From: Desulfatiglandales bacterium
GTDB taxonomy: Bacteria; Desulfobacterota; DSM-4660; Desulfatiglandales; Desulfatiglandaceae
Reading direction: 5' to 3'
NCBI GenBank assembly: GCA_963666345.1
Contig: OY762721.1
Coordinates: forward strand, 704,001-768,000
DNA: 64,000 bases
Part shown: positions 49,521 to 59,954 of the stretch, piece by piece
Numbering within the stretch: the first letter of the stretch is position 1
How the letters are laid out: every line of letters starts with the position of its first letter
Program-made: the position numbers and the translations under genes
The notes under the pieces: model-generated
Database searches by the model: none
Told to the model about the DNA's origin: nothing
What the model saw: only the letters and a program-made list of their open reading frames with translations

Positions 49521-50672
49521 CTAAATCACTTCCTGAACGATTTCGGTTATGTCCTTGATCTCTATTTTTTCGTCCACACCCATGGTGATTCTGCTGTCTT
49601 CAAACATGGTAATACAGTATGGGCAGGCCGTAGCCAGCACCTCAGCCCCCACGCCCATGGCCTGCTCTATTCTGAGGTCGGAGAATCTTTCACCCTTTTT
49701 AGTCTCCATCCAGACCCTGCCGCCTCCCCCTCCGCAGCAGAGGCTGTCCGCCCGGGAGTCAGGCATCTCATTCAGCTCCAGACCGGGTATCTTCTTCAAG
49801 ACCTCCCTCGGCTCGTCATATATGCCGTTATGCCGACCCAGGTAACAGGGATCATGATAGGTGATTTTTTTGGCGTACTCCTTGTTAAGCTCAAGCCTTC
49901 CCTCATTAATAAGCTCAAACAGGTATTGAGATATATGAATCACCTCAAAATTCACCATAAATTGGGGATATTCGTTTTTAAAGGTATGATAACAGTGAGG
50001 AGAATTAACAAGTATTCTTTTTACCCCATTATCGACAAACGTTTTGATATTTTCCTTAGCCAAACGTTTAAACAGTTCTTCATCACCGGTCTTGCGGATA
50101 CTTTCTCCACAGCAGTTCTCCTGTTCACCTAATATCCCGAAATCCACCCCTGCCCGTTTTAGGATATCGGCTGTGGCCTGAGCCACTTTTTTCAACCTCG
50201 GGTCATAGCTGGGATAACAGCCGGGGAAATATAACACTTCCATTTCGTCGGTAAATTTTTTTACGGAAATGCCTTTTGCCCAATCGCCCCTCATTTTGCG
50301 TTCTTCACCAAAGGGATTTCCTTCACCCGTGAGGCCTCCGACCGCAGTACGGAAAGGCTTTACAGAGTCCGGGAAAACGCCGTATTCCGTGGCTATTCTG
50401 CGTAAGGCTATCCCGGATTCTATCTGCTGTACGTCCCTGGGACACTGCTGAGGGCATCTTCCGCAGGTCGTACAAAGCCACATATCTTCATTCTCTATTT
50501 CAGTAAAACCGAACACAGCCTGCCGGACCAGCTTGCGCATGCTGAAGGTTCTAACCCTGTTCCATGGACAAACCGTATCACATAATCCGCATTGAAAGCA
50601 TCTCTTGAAGGCGTCTCCGCCGCTTTCCTTTATAACATCGACGATCTCTTTGTAATCGGCTACATTCTCCAC
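49521..50672 (-). CDS. bamD: Class II BCR subunit BamD (HdrC/HdrD-like, CCG domains)
   Basis: CFQCGLCDTVCP, CTTCGRC, ENCCG, YHDPCYLGR and LCCGGGGG motifs. Confidence 0.9.
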   Translation of the reverse strand: MENVADYKEIVDVIKESGGDAFKRCFQCGLCDTVCPWNRVRTFSMRKLVRQAVFGFTEIENEDMWLCTTCGRCPQQCPRDVQQIESGIALRRIATEYGVFPDSVKPFRTAVGGLTGEGNPFGEERKMRGDWAKGISVKKFTDEMEVLYFPGCYPSYDPRLKKVAQATADILKRAGVDFGILGEQENCCGESIRKTGDEELFKRLAKENIKTFVDNGVKRILVNSPHCYHTFKNEYPQFMVNFEVIHISQYLFELINEGRLELNKEYAKKITYHDPCYLGRHNGIYDEPREVLKKIPGLELNEMPDSRADSLCCGGGGGRVWMETKKGERFSDLRIEQAMGVGAEVLATACPYCITMFEDSRITMGVDEKIEIKDITEIVQEVI

Positions 50673-50697
50673 GCTCTTTCTCTTTCGCCTTGATGTT

Positions 50698-51237
50698 TCA
50701 GCCCTGCTTTGCCTCGCTCATTCTGGCAATGGTATCCATTATCTTGTCCAATCCATATTTGTCCGCCAGCGATTCCAGCCCTATCTCCAGTTCCTCCAGG
50801 GGCTCATCTTCTTCCACTTCCTCTTCCCTTTCTTCGTAAGTAAGAGCATCGGTTATGCACCACTTAACGCACAGCGGCTCATCCTCGCCTTCGCACATAT
50901 CGCATTTCAGGGGGAGACCGGAATCGGGTTCCTTGAAAAGATCCCTGGACGGGCAGGAAGCCCTGCAGAAGGCACACTCTTCATACTCTTTTCCGTCAAT
51001 CACATATCTGTCTCTTCCCATGCATTCGGAGGGAGTATACTCACCCGCGTAAACAGGGATATAGACATCTCTGAGGGGATCGCGAATCACCCTGATGCGG
51101 GATCTGGCCGGATTATTGCTGCTGTATTTCGGTTCAGAGTGAAAGGCTGAGCAGATGACCTCACAGGCCCGGCAACCGTTGCATAAATCAGCATCAATTT
51201 TAATCGTCTTAATGATTTTCTTTTTTTTCTCGACCAT
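50698..51237 (-). CDS. bamC: Class II BCR subunit BamC (4Fe-4S)
   Basis: CNGCRACEVICS, CAFCRASCP and KCDMC...CVKWC motifs. Confidence 0.92.
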   Translation of the reverse strand: MVEKKKKIIKTIKIDADLCNGCRACEVICSAFHSEPKYSSNNPARSRIRVIRDPLRDVYIPVYAGEYTPSECMGRDRYVIDGKEYEECAFCRASCPSRDLFKEPDSGLPLKCDMCEGEDEPLCVKWCITDALTYEEREEEVEEDEPLEELEIGLESLADKYGLDKIMDTIARMSEAKQG

Positions 51238-51258
51238 GACGGCTACCACCTCTTCACT

Positions 51259-53265
51259 TTAGTTGTTCTCTTCTTCCGCATTAGTCCCTTTGGAAGGCTC
51301 ATCTTCACTATCCGTCAAAATCCCCCTCTCTGCAAAATCTTTGCTCACGTAATCCAATCCCAGCTCATGCAGAGACTCTCTGGTAGGGATACCCTCGTTG
51401 TTCCAACCCCTGAACCTGTAATAGGTATCCAGGAGTTCCTTTTCAAGTTCCGGAAATCTTTTCTTCCAGTGGTCCTCCGGAGGCTTCTCATCTTTTCTTC
51501 TCATGCCTCTTCGTATATTAACGGCCCTCACCAAAGTCCGGTATCTTCTGGCCGCCTGTGTCAGCTTGTCCTCATCCATATCGATCCCGGCCCCTGCCGA
51601 GATAAATTTCGGGTAATTGTGTATATGATAAGGGGGTTTAAGCGGAAATGACGATAAACCGGCGCACATGCCGAGCGCGTCATCGATGTAGTGCATCCTC
51701 TCCTGCCAGTCGACGATATCGCAGCACATCTCAACCGTCGGGTAATAGGGGATGGAGTTTTCTCCGCGCATTTCCCAGTCCACAAAGTACTGTTTAAATT
51801 TTTCATCCGGAACATGGTGCCAGTCCTTTACAAACTCTTCCCTGTGCTCTCTTTTGGGAAAAGGCGCCTGGGGGAACTGCCCTTCAATCTGGGTGATGTT
51901 TATCTTCTCGCCGGTGCAATACATCAGGAAATATATGGGATTCAGCATTGACAGTTTAAGAGGCAGCTGCTCATGCTTCTTTATGTTGTTATGGGCATAT
52001 TCCTCCGCGCCCTTGCCGATCTGTCGGGCCGCCCAGTAGGTACCATTTGCCAGGACATCTCCTATCCCTTCCCGCCGGACAATCCGGTCGAGCAGCCAGT
52101 AAAATCTTCCTTTGTTATCGGAGGGCATCCCGGGAAAATCATCATCCGTTAAGATGCCGTTTTCGTAAAGTTCAAGGGCGAATGCCATCACCTGCGGGGT
52201 TGAGTATCCGTCCACACCATATTCCGTAGCACTTTGGGCGATACCCAGACCGAATTCCAGGTCTGCGAAGGCCGCCATGGTATAGGTCAGCTTGGAGAAA
52301 CATTTCATCATGTATGTTGGAATTCCCGGCATGGAGATGGTTGCCCCGCATTTCATCGGACAATTGTAGCAGCTGACCAGCCTCCTCCGCGAGTTTTCAA
52401 GTGTCTCCATCCATTGAGCTGCGATTTCCTCATTCCAAAAATCTTTTCTGCGCACACGGGAATTGCCCCACATGAAATTCTCGGTGTGCCATTTCTCGTC
52501 ATGGACCTTCATCTCCTGCGGTGAGCCAAGCCCGGCCAAAATGGGCATTACCCCCGGAATAGGTCTTTCGTTTCTCCATTTGATATATTCCAGCACCTCG
52601 CTGCACAGTTCCATGAATTCAGCAGGCCGTGCGACATTGATGTCCCTTGTCCCCCGAACGGCTATAGCCTTTAACCCTTTGTCTCCCATAACCGCGCCTA
52701 TGCCCCCCCGGCTGGCACTGGACCTGCCCTGCTCGATGGAAGCGAAATAGACCCTGTTTTCACCGGCCAGGCCGATAGCCGCCACCTGCGCCTTCGGCTC
52801 ATTCAACTCCTGACGAATAAGTTCTTCAGTTTCAAGAGCGCCTTTTCCCTTCAGATGGGAGGCATCGCGTATTTCCACCTTGTCATTGTTTATCCACAAA
52901 TAAACCAGTTCGGGGGACTTGCCGCGAATGACCACCTTGTCGTAACCGGCATATTTCAACTCAGGCGCCCAAAACCCCCCCATCATTGAAAATGCCATTA
53001 ACTTGGTCTGAGGTGAAATGGTGGAAACAATGGTACGATTACAACCGGTAGCGGGTGTGCCGCACAGAAGACCGGCGCTGAATATTAACAGATTATCAGG
53101 AGAAAAGGGTTCAACTTCAGGGGGAACCCTGTCCCACAATATCTTGGCGTTCGTACCCAGGCCCCCCAGATAAAGTTCGGTATCTCTCGGGTCGGTTTCT
53201 TCCCTCTCAATGCTTCCCCGGGACAGATCAATCTCCAGATTAAACCCTGTCTCTGCGTACCTCAT
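51259..53265 (-). CDS. bamB: Class II benzoyl-CoA reductase tungsten subunit BamB (AOR family)
   Basis: MRYAETG start, PQEMKVHDEKWHTEN, SCYNCPMKC and YMMKCF; closely resembles Geobacter BamB as I recall it. Confidence 0.95.
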   Translation of the reverse strand: MRYAETGFNLEIDLSRGSIEREETDPRDTELYLGGLGTNAKILWDRVPPEVEPFSPDNLLIFSAGLLCGTPATGCNRTIVSTISPQTKLMAFSMMGGFWAPELKYAGYDKVVIRGKSPELVYLWINNDKVEIRDASHLKGKGALETEELIRQELNEPKAQVAAIGLAGENRVYFASIEQGRSSASRGGIGAVMGDKGLKAIAVRGTRDINVARPAEFMELCSEVLEYIKWRNERPIPGVMPILAGLGSPQEMKVHDEKWHTENFMWGNSRVRRKDFWNEEIAAQWMETLENSRRRLVSCYNCPMKCGATISMPGIPTYMMKCFSKLTYTMAAFADLEFGLGIAQSATEYGVDGYSTPQVMAFALELYENGILTDDDFPGMPSDNKGRFYWLLDRIVRREGIGDVLANGTYWAARQIGKGAEEYAHNNIKKHEQLPLKLSMLNPIYFLMYCTGEKINITQIEGQFPQAPFPKREHREEFVKDWHHVPDEKFKQYFVDWEMRGENSIPYYPTVEMCCDIVDWQERMHYIDDALGMCAGLSSFPLKPPYHIHNYPKFISAGAGIDMDEDKLTQAARRYRTLVRAVNIRRGMRRKDEKPPEDHWKKRFPELEKELLDTYYRFRGWNNEGIPTRESLHELGLDYVSKDFAERGILTDSEDEPSKGTNAEEENN

Positions 53266-53406
53266 TTTTTTCCCCTTCTGGCTGACCCGAATCCGCAGAC
53301 AGCCCTTCCCTTAATCACGGATTGCAGGCACTTAACAAAAAACTGTCTTCACCACTCAAAACTTCAATAGACCGCAAATAACACATACTCAGAGGATCCC
53401 GGAAAA

Positions 53407-53859
53407 TCAGTGGTCCAGGTCCCTGCTGAGGTTTATGAAGTTGCTCCTGTCAAATCCAAGGGTCTTGAAAAAGGACAGGAGATCCGCCGAATCCCACCTT
53501 ACAGAGGTAAAGATCCTGCTTATGCCCTGCTCACCGCATACCCTGAAGATCTCTTCAGCAAGCTTCACGCCTATACCCTGTCCCATGAATCCGGGTGACA
53601 CACCCATGGTGGCGATCCACGCACTTTTTTCAAGCCCGAATCCGCCGTTCAGCAGGTAGGTAATCATAAATCCGGCGATCTTTCCGTCTATCTCGGCCAC
53701 AAAACTCAAATTCCGGCTGTCTATCTCCTGATCTTCTATTAAATGACCGAAATCTATATCAACAGTGGACTTTGTGATGGTGGACTGAATGTCGGCAACA
53801 GCCGCCGCATCTTTGCTATCGATTCTTCTTACAACTAAAGATCCCTTTTCAAGCCCCAT
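53407..53859 (-). CDS. GNAT-fold protein
   Basis: FVAEIDGKIAGF, GVSPGFMGQGIG (acyl-CoA binding loop) and FFKTLGF motifs. Confidence 0.9.
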   Translation of the reverse strand: MGLEKGSLVVRRIDSKDAAAVADIQSTITKSTVDIDFGHLIEDQEIDSRNLSFVAEIDGKIAGFMITYLLNGGFGLEKSAWIATMGVSPGFMGQGIGVKLAEEIFRVCGEQGISRIFTSVRWDSADLLSFFKTLGFDRSNFINLSRDLDH

Positions 53860-53880
53860 ACCGGCCTTTCCAAAAAGCCA

Positions 53881-54072
53881 TTAGTCAATCCTTATTATTT
53901 TGACACGGCAACCCACCCAGTCGGGCGGCAAATATACCCGCCCGCTGTTACCGCTCAGCCTTACAACCTTCTCGAGCATTTCTTCACCATAGACCTCGAA
54001 TTTCACCTTTCTTTGCCCTCCTTCAGAGTCCTGAGGCTGCCCGGGCTTTGATTTTTTTTTATCAGCCATCAT
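53881..54072 (-). CDS. DUF2080 family small protein (AbrB/MazE-like swapped hairpin)
   Basis: EEMLEKVVRLSGNSGRVYLPPDWVG.RVKIIR. Confidence 0.8.
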   Translation of the reverse strand: MMADKKKSKPGQPQDSEGGQRKVKFEVYGEEMLEKVVRLSGNSGRVYLPPDWVGCRVKIIRID

Positions 54073-54162
54073 TCTCACATTTGTTTTCTGTCCTGGGCCG
54101 AATAAAAGGCCCTAATATATTGTTATAGTTGCTTTTAATTTCCACTTAGGTACCATTTCAGC

Positions 54163-54208
54163 AACTACAAATTAACTACAATCTAGCTATAAAGTAACTA
54201 TATGTCAA
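54163..54208 (-). promoter_or_regulatory. Sigma70 promoter overlaid by four 11-bp direct repeats
   Basis: TTGACA (54208-54203)-N17-TAGATT; plus-strand repeats are AACTACAAATT, AACTACAATCT, AGCTATAAAGT, AACTATATGTC. Confidence 0.75.
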
Positions 54209-54532
54209 GGAAAAAACAGGCCTCTCGGCATGTCCTTACCATGTGCCTCTAAGGTAAAAATAGGGAAGATTTCGGGAGAAGATATTGTGAATGGTTATTA
54301 AAATTATATCAAAGGATGGAGCCTGTCTTTAATAAAATACCAGATCCCTTTTCCGCCGACAGAATCCTGAAGATCAAGAGGAACCTCTATCCTGAAGCAG
54401 TATGCATATGGTGTTCTGATTTGATATGACGGTGAAGAAATAGATTAAATTGATCCGGGCATCAACCCGCCTCCTTGTACCCAAAGTGAGTAAGTATTGG
54501 GTGTAAGGGATGGATTCAATCGGGTAGGCAAT

Positions 54533-54559
54533 AAAAAAACCCACCGTTTCCGGTGGGTT
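54533..54559 (-). terminator. Terminator, probably the original tRNA-Leu terminator displaced by the integrated element
   Basis: AACCCACCG-GAAA-CGGTGGGTTTTTTT immediately past the att duplicate. Confidence 0.75.
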
Positions 54560-55184
54560 ATTATTTTTCTGGTGCGAAGGCGAGAGCCACATAGAAAGAC
54601 TTAAAGTATTGGAATTAATGTTAAATGTAAGTGCTTTAAGGGGTGGTAAGTTTAATATACCCGCTTTTGTACCCGCTTTTTACGGGAGTGAGTCGAGATA
54701 GTTCTTTCAGTTACTATTATTTAAAATGTTAAGTTTAAAGTTCAAACTTATTGTTTTTTATATGCCTTGTTCCTTACATATTTTTCTAAATAATTTAAAG
54801 TGCACACTTTATATTGTAGAATATCTCCGTATGGTTTTTTTGGCTACTTCAATAAATGATTTTTCGCCATGATATTCAAGGTTCCAGCACTATCTGAAGA
54901 CCTGTAATCAATAGCAGTTACATACAATTAGCGCTATACGTGAATATGTCAGACGTATCTAAGGTTTTCTGGCCAGCGGATACCCTTAGGGTTCTATAAG
55001 CTATCTCAAGGCGACCCGGTGAAAAATCGATCTCATAGAAAAATCTTTTACTTTGTTACCTCTTTCGTTAAAATACGATTCTGTCAATAGGCGTTGAAAA
55101 TTGACCCATCATCGGCGTCCAAAATTGACCCACCCCTGAGAAAAAAATATGGTTAAATAGTTGAGTAGTTGATCCCTTCTTTAT

Positions 55185-55916
55185 CTATGAAGCTGCGTGT
55201 TTCATTCTCCAGCTTTCGTTACCTGTTTCTATAATTTCACAATGATGAGTCAATCGATCAAGCATGGCCGTAGTCATCTTTTTATCTCCAAAGACTTGGG
55301 GCCATTCACCGAAGGTCAAGTTGGTGGTAATCACTATGGATGTCTGTTCGTAGAGTTTTGATATAAGATGAAAGAGCAGTTGACTGCCGTTTTTGGAAAA
55401 AGGCAGATAACCCAGTTCATCGAGGACCACAAGATCAAATCGAAGTAGTCTTGCTGTGATTTTGCCGGCCAATCCAATCATTTTTTCCTGCTCAAGCTCA
55501 TTTGCCAGATCCACCAGGTTATAAAACTTGCACTTCCTGCCATTCCTTATGGCCTGGGCCGCTATAGTTATGGCTAAATGGGTTTTGCCCGTACCGGTGC
55601 CACCTACAAAAATCAGGTTGATATGTTCGGCTATAAAATCACCCTGATAAATAGACCTAATCTGGGCTTCATCAACACAGGCCCCGTTAAAATCAAAGCC
55701 ATCGATATCTTTAAGGACAGGAAACCTGGCCTGTCCCATACGATATCGGATACTCCTTATATATCTTTCGGCAGCTTCAGCCTTGAGCAGTTCCAGGATT
55801 ACCTTTTCAGGAGTTGAATGGGTCTTGCGTCCATTGGAGACAACTTCATCATAAATGGACTGCATACCCCGCAACTTTAGTTTTTCCATATGGTCCATGA
55901 TATCATTGCGCAGCAT
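55185..55916 (-). CDS. istB: IS21 helper ATPase IstB
   Basis: [17 protein letters not shown] and LDRLTHH motifs. Confidence 0.96.
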   Translation of the reverse strand: MLRNDIMDHMEKLKLRGMQSIYDEVVSNGRKTHSTPEKVILELLKAEAAERYIRSIRYRMGQARFPVLKDIDGFDFNGACVDEAQIRSIYQGDFIAEHINLIFVGGTGTGKTHLAITIAAQAIRNGRKCKFYNLVDLANELEQEKMIGLAGKITARLLRFDLVVLDELGYLPFSKNGSQLLFHLISKLYEQTSIVITTNLTFGEWPQVFGDKKMTTAMLDRLTHHCEIIETGNESWRMKHAAS

Positions 55917-57420
55917 GGTATCCCTCCCTTACCAAACGTTCATAGCGGTGGCAGTCTGCTATGGGCTCTTGCTTGAGAATCAGATGGGAGGGGATACCCA
56001 AATCAGGCGTGCAATCCTGATCCTGATCCCTGTTTAAAAGATTGAGAACCACCTCTTTACTTACGGCCCTGATCTCTAGGGCCTCCTTACAGGCTTTACT
56101 TACAGCCTCAAGTCCGTAGAAAGGAACAGCATTTAGAATGGCCACAAACTGACGGTCCCAGTCGGAAAAACGGTTTTGAAGCCCATTAAGGACGCCTTGC
56201 ACAGGATGAGGAAGTTGCCAGTCTTTAAAGGGTGCTCCATTACGGAGAGCCCCGGGCTTACGTTCAAGGACCGGGACATAATGCCAGGGATTAAAAATAG
56301 TCTTGTTCTTTCCAAAATGCCTATCATGCTCTCCTACGATACAACCGTTATTTACTATCACTATCCGATCGGCATATACTCTCATATAGACCGCTTTACC
56401 CACCTGGCTGCAATTAACGCTGTATCGGTTCCGGTCATAGGTTACAAGTGAGCTGGGGGTAACCCTGGCTGGACGTTGTGCATATCCATCAAAGGGAGGT
56501 GGTAGATTTATCAGATAGGGTCTCTCTTCACTGTAGACCTGCCAAACCGTCTTATCAGATATTGTTGGATGCTTACGGGTCTTTGCCCAGGTGATGCATT
56601 GTTCTCTAAGCAGCTCGTTTAGGTGTGTGAAATCCCTGGCCTTGATTCGGGGAGTGAAAAATCTCCTTCTGACCACACCTACCTGGTTTTCCACCTGACC
56701 CTTTTCCCAGCCTGCAGCAGGGGTGCAGCTTACCGGTTCAAATAAATAATGGGAACACAGTTGGCTGAAGCGGCTGTTGAACTGTCTTTCCCTTCCTCCC
56801 AGGATCTTGTTAACCACTGTTTTGAGATTGTCATATATGCCTTTACGGCAAACTCCTCCAAAAAACTCAAAGGCCCTGATATGGGCATCAAACACCATCT
56901 CCTGGGTCTCTCTGGGGTAGGCAATACAAAGGAAGTAGCGGCTGTGACATAACCTTATATGTGCGACCTTTGCCTTTACTCTGCTTCCGTCCAGATCTAC
57001 CCACTCATGACTCCAGTCAAACTGAAAGGCTTCTGCAGGATCAAATACCAAAGGTATAAATACCTCCTTTGGCAAGCTCCTTTGATCCTGGTGCCATCTT
57101 TGAACATATCTCCTTACGCTGTCATAGCCACCTTCGTAGCCGTTGAGTTGCAGCTCTTCAAAAAGTATCTGGGCTGTCCTGCGCAGTTTTCTGGGCAGTT
57201 TCTCATCTTCTTCCAGAAAGCCTTTCAGCATGTCTATAAACGGTCCTAGCTTGGGTCTCGGCTGGTTGCTTCGTTCGTACTGAAAAGATGTTTCTCCGCT
57301 CCTTATCGCCTTTTTTACTGTATTTTTGCTAAGGCGCAGATCCTTCGCTGTCTGACGTATGGATTTGCCATCTCTGAGAACAGCTAATCGTATCTTACGG
57401 ATTGTTTCCACTGTGAGCAT
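55903..57420 (-). CDS. istA: IS21 transposase IstA
   Basis: N-terminal HTH; FQFDW, YDNLKT and WEKGQVE (DDE) motifs. Confidence 0.96.
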   Translation of the reverse strand: MLTVETIRKIRLAVLRDGKSIRQTAKDLRLSKNTVKKAIRSGETSFQYERSNQPRPKLGPFIDMLKGFLEEDEKLPRKLRRTAQILFEELQLNGYEGGYDSVRRYVQRWHQDQRSLPKEVFIPLVFDPAEAFQFDWSHEWVDLDGSRVKAKVAHIRLCHSRYFLCIAYPRETQEMVFDAHIRAFEFFGGVCRKGIYDNLKTVVNKILGGRERQFNSRFSQLCSHYLFEPVSCTPAAGWEKGQVENQVGVVRRRFFTPRIKARDFTHLNELLREQCITWAKTRKHPTISDKTVWQVYSEERPYLINLPPPFDGYAQRPARVTPSSLVTYDRNRYSVNCSQVGKAVYMRVYADRIVIVNNGCIVGEHDRHFGKNKTIFNPWHYVPVLERKPGALRNGAPFKDWQLPHPVQGVLNGLQNRFSDWDRQFVAILNAVPFYGLEAVSKACKEALEIRAVSKEVVLNLLNRDQDQDCTPDLGIPSHLILKQEPIADCHRYERLVREGYHAAQ

Positions 57421-57534
57421 CCCTTTCCGCCTCCTTCTACCATAGTCACAGCAGAATAGAAGGCTTTCAGGGGTGGGTCAATTTTGGACGCCGATTCGCC
57501 CTATAGGTGGGTCATTTTTGCATGCCGATTCACA

Positions 57535-58272
57535 GCTATTTCGATATTTAATATATTTTTCATCAAATCTATCTTGAAGCTGATATATCACTCCATCTTT
57601 GTCTTCAACACAGGCACCGTCCAATCCAACAAGGGTTACTTCCGGGCCTCCTGTTAGCATTTGAAATCCATGTTCAATGTCTATATTTTCAGTGCCTAAC
57701 ATAGGTAAATCCCATACACCATCAATGCTTGTTACGTTCCCCTTAAAACTCATTGTGGAAGGGGGTACTTTACCATCATATTTCTCTGATTCTTCACGTA
57801 TGTGGATGATAGCGGCTTCGATCATATCAGTGATAATATTAGTTTGTTCTTCAGGAGAATGCTTTTTCAATAATCTACTTTTCAACTCTTCATCGTGTCC
57901 CAACCGCTGTGGCCCGTTCTCATTAATCAACTCATCATCTTTTAAGTAAAAACCAATATCGTGCCCAGGAAAATGGACAGCTATCATCCCGTCACTCCTT
58001 CCACGCGTTTCCGCCGTTTGCCAAGATGCCATTTTTCTAAATTTTGTCTCCCACTCCTCAAAAGGAAGGAATTTTTCACCACGTTTGGCATGAGCATGAT
58101 TCACGAAGTTTACTGACAATTTCAGGTGTCTGTCCAGGGCAAGGCGTAATACATCGGATTCATTAACTTCCTCGCCGAACATAATTGATAAATATTTCGC
58201 GGCTTCTGGTATTGTTAGCCAGTTTTTCAACTGAAAAAGTTTACTTTTTCTGAGTGATTTAATGTCGTCCAT
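57535..58272 (-). pseudogene. Phage/satellite-type hypothetical gene truncated by IS21
   Basis: WLTIPEAAKYLS HTH-like N-terminus. The last ~18 aa in the ORF track are read from the IS end. Confidence 0.7.
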
Positions 58273-58290
58273 ATTCACTTACCTTTCAAT

Positions 58291-59529
58291 TTATATGCCT
58301 GCTACTTTACCAAAAGGAATAATCTTTGCGCCGGACTCCAATTGTTGAAGTTTATCTGCCCACCACTGCATTAATTTTTTTCGTTGTTCAATATAATCGC
58401 TCCGATGGTATGCTGCCCTTACTCGGTTGCGTTCTTCATGGGCCAGGGCCTTTTCTATAACGTCACCATCAAAGCCGGACTCATTTGCAATTGTTGAAAA
58501 GGTTGCTCTGAATCCATGAACGGTTGCTTGTGAGTGGTATCCTATCCGATAAAGGGCATAAAGCATTGTGTTTTCTGATAGTTGCTTACTGCCTTGCCTT
58601 ATCCCAGGAAAAAGAAATCCATCTTTCCCCCATAACTTGCCAGCCCTTTCAATTATTGAAAGAGCTTGTTTTGACAATGGAACGGTGTGTGGTTTGTCCA
58701 TCTTCATCCTAGTTGCTGGAATTTTCCAAAGTTTGTTTTCAAGGTCAATCTCATTCCAGGTCGCCCCTCTTACTTCCCCGCTTCTGGAGGCCGTAAGAAT
58801 AGTGAATTGCAATGCAAGTTTGGTGGTGATATGGATATCCCCATAAGATAAATCATGCAAAAACTTAGGCAGATCATCAATGGTGAGAGCGGCCCTGTGA
58901 GTCACTTTTCTACTTTTTAAAACTCCACGCATCTCGCCTGCCGGGTTGTAGGTGGCTTTACCTGTCTGTACTGCGTATCTAAAAATAGCCGTAATTCTTT
59001 GCAGTACCTTGGAAGCTATCTCCAGTGTGCCCCGCTTTTCAATTGGTTTAATTACTTTTAAAATTGTAGGTGGAGTGATTGTGTCTACTGGAAGATCACC
59101 GATGATGGGAAATACGTTCTTACGTAACGAATTAAGCACCGCGGAGGCATGGTTATTACTCCAGCGTTCCTCTTGTTGAGTAATCCACTCTAATGCAACA
59201 AATTCAAAGGTGTTCTTGTTGATTTGTTTTTCTGCTTCTGCTTTGGCAATTTCGGCCTGTCTCTTTTCTTTTCGGGTATGAGCTGGATTTTTACCTTTCT
59301 TGACTATTTCACGGGCCTCTTGCCTCTTAATTCTAGACGTTTCAAGGCTCATCGAAGGATATTCGCCCAGAACAACAGTCGATTCTTTATCTGCCAGCTT
59401 GAACCTATATCGCCACGTTCTTTTCCCGCTTGTGGAAACATGGAGATATAGACCTTTGCCGTCACTGAGTTTATAAGGCTTGTTTTTGGGTTTGGCGTTT
59501 CGAACCGCTACGGCACTAAGCTTTGACAT
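58291..59529 (-). CDS. P4-like tyrosine integrase with Arm DNA-binding domain
   Basis: KLSDGKGLYL, TASRSGE, HGFRATFST and LAH...VRAAY motifs. Confidence 0.95.
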   Translation of the reverse strand: MSKLSAVAVRNAKPKNKPYKLSDGKGLYLHVSTSGKRTWRYRFKLADKESTVVLGEYPSMSLETSRIKRQEAREIVKKGKNPAHTRKEKRQAEIAKAEAEKQINKNTFEFVALEWITQQEERWSNNHASAVLNSLRKNVFPIIGDLPVDTITPPTILKVIKPIEKRGTLEIASKVLQRITAIFRYAVQTGKATYNPAGEMRGVLKSRKVTHRAALTIDDLPKFLHDLSYGDIHITTKLALQFTILTASRSGEVRGATWNEIDLENKLWKIPATRMKMDKPHTVPLSKQALSIIERAGKLWGKDGFLFPGIRQGSKQLSENTMLYALYRIGYHSQATVHGFRATFSTIANESGFDGDVIEKALAHEERNRVRAAYHRSDYIEQRKKLMQWWADKLQQLESGAKIIPFGKVAGI

Positions 59530-59718
59530 TTTGAACCTCCATAAAATGGGTACAAAATAATGGGGGTATGTGGGTGCAAATGTTTGTACCCCCTTTTGTA
59601 CCCGCTTATTTTTAGGAAGTCAATGGAAAGTCTAGGAACACTTTGGATAACAAAAAACCCGCAAATCATTTCTGATCGCGGGTTCCATGTAAACTTAGGA
59701 CATTTTTAGACTAAAAAA

Positions 59719-59805
59719 TGGTGCCGAAGGCGAGACTCGAACTCGCACGGACCTACGCCCACTAGACCCTGAACCTAGCGCGTCTACCAGTTCCGCCACT
59801 TCGGC
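59719..59805 (-). tRNA. tRNA-Leu(CAG)
   Basis: 87 nt, GCCGAAGTGGCGGAACTGGTAGACGCG-CTAGG TTCAGGG TCTAG-long variable arm...CACCA. Confidence 0.96.
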
Positions 59806-59954
59806 ATGAAAAAGGGTTGAAATACTAGGGGTGAAGATTATATTAGTGCACAAGGCTTGTCAACAGGTTAATTATGTTATAAAAGACCGACGATTACAGT
59901 TGACGGCCTGGAAGTTAAATAATCATATTTTGGGACTATTTTTCAGCCTTTGGA

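Larger units (their letters stand above)
55082..57534 (-). mobile_element. IS21 family insertion sequence
   Basis: TGT...ACA ends, a perfect 29-bp inner inverted repeat (55111-55139 / 57467-57495), and istA-istB. Confidence 0.95.
54570..59735 (-). mobile_element. Decayed integrative element at tRNA-Leu(CAG)
   Basis: TGGTGC-GAAGGCGAGA (54570-54585) duplicates the tRNA 3' end TGGTGCCGAAGGCGAGA (59719-59735) with a 1-nt deletion. The integrase is adjacent to the tRNA. Confidence 0.85.

Noticed and set aside
54163..54206. CRISPR-like or iteron interpretation of the 11-bp repeats
   Set aside because: There are no spacers, cas genes or rep gene, and overlap with a promoter fits an operator better. 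No CRISPR array was seen anywhere in the window.
42294..54208. Idea that the bam operon is cargo of the tRNA-Leu island
   Set aside because: The att duplicate and displaced terminator at 54533-54585 close the element before the operon, and I saw no further tRNA-end duplicate to the left.
54374..54592. 72-aa ORF, and a CCTACCCGATT motif resembling a group II intron end
   Set aside because: The ORF spans the att site and terminator, and no domain V precedes the motif.
54700..55080. AT-rich stretch with a short coding-like fragment (LEYHGEKSFIEVAKK) on the minus strand
   Set aside because: It is too short and interrupted to assign; probably island debris.
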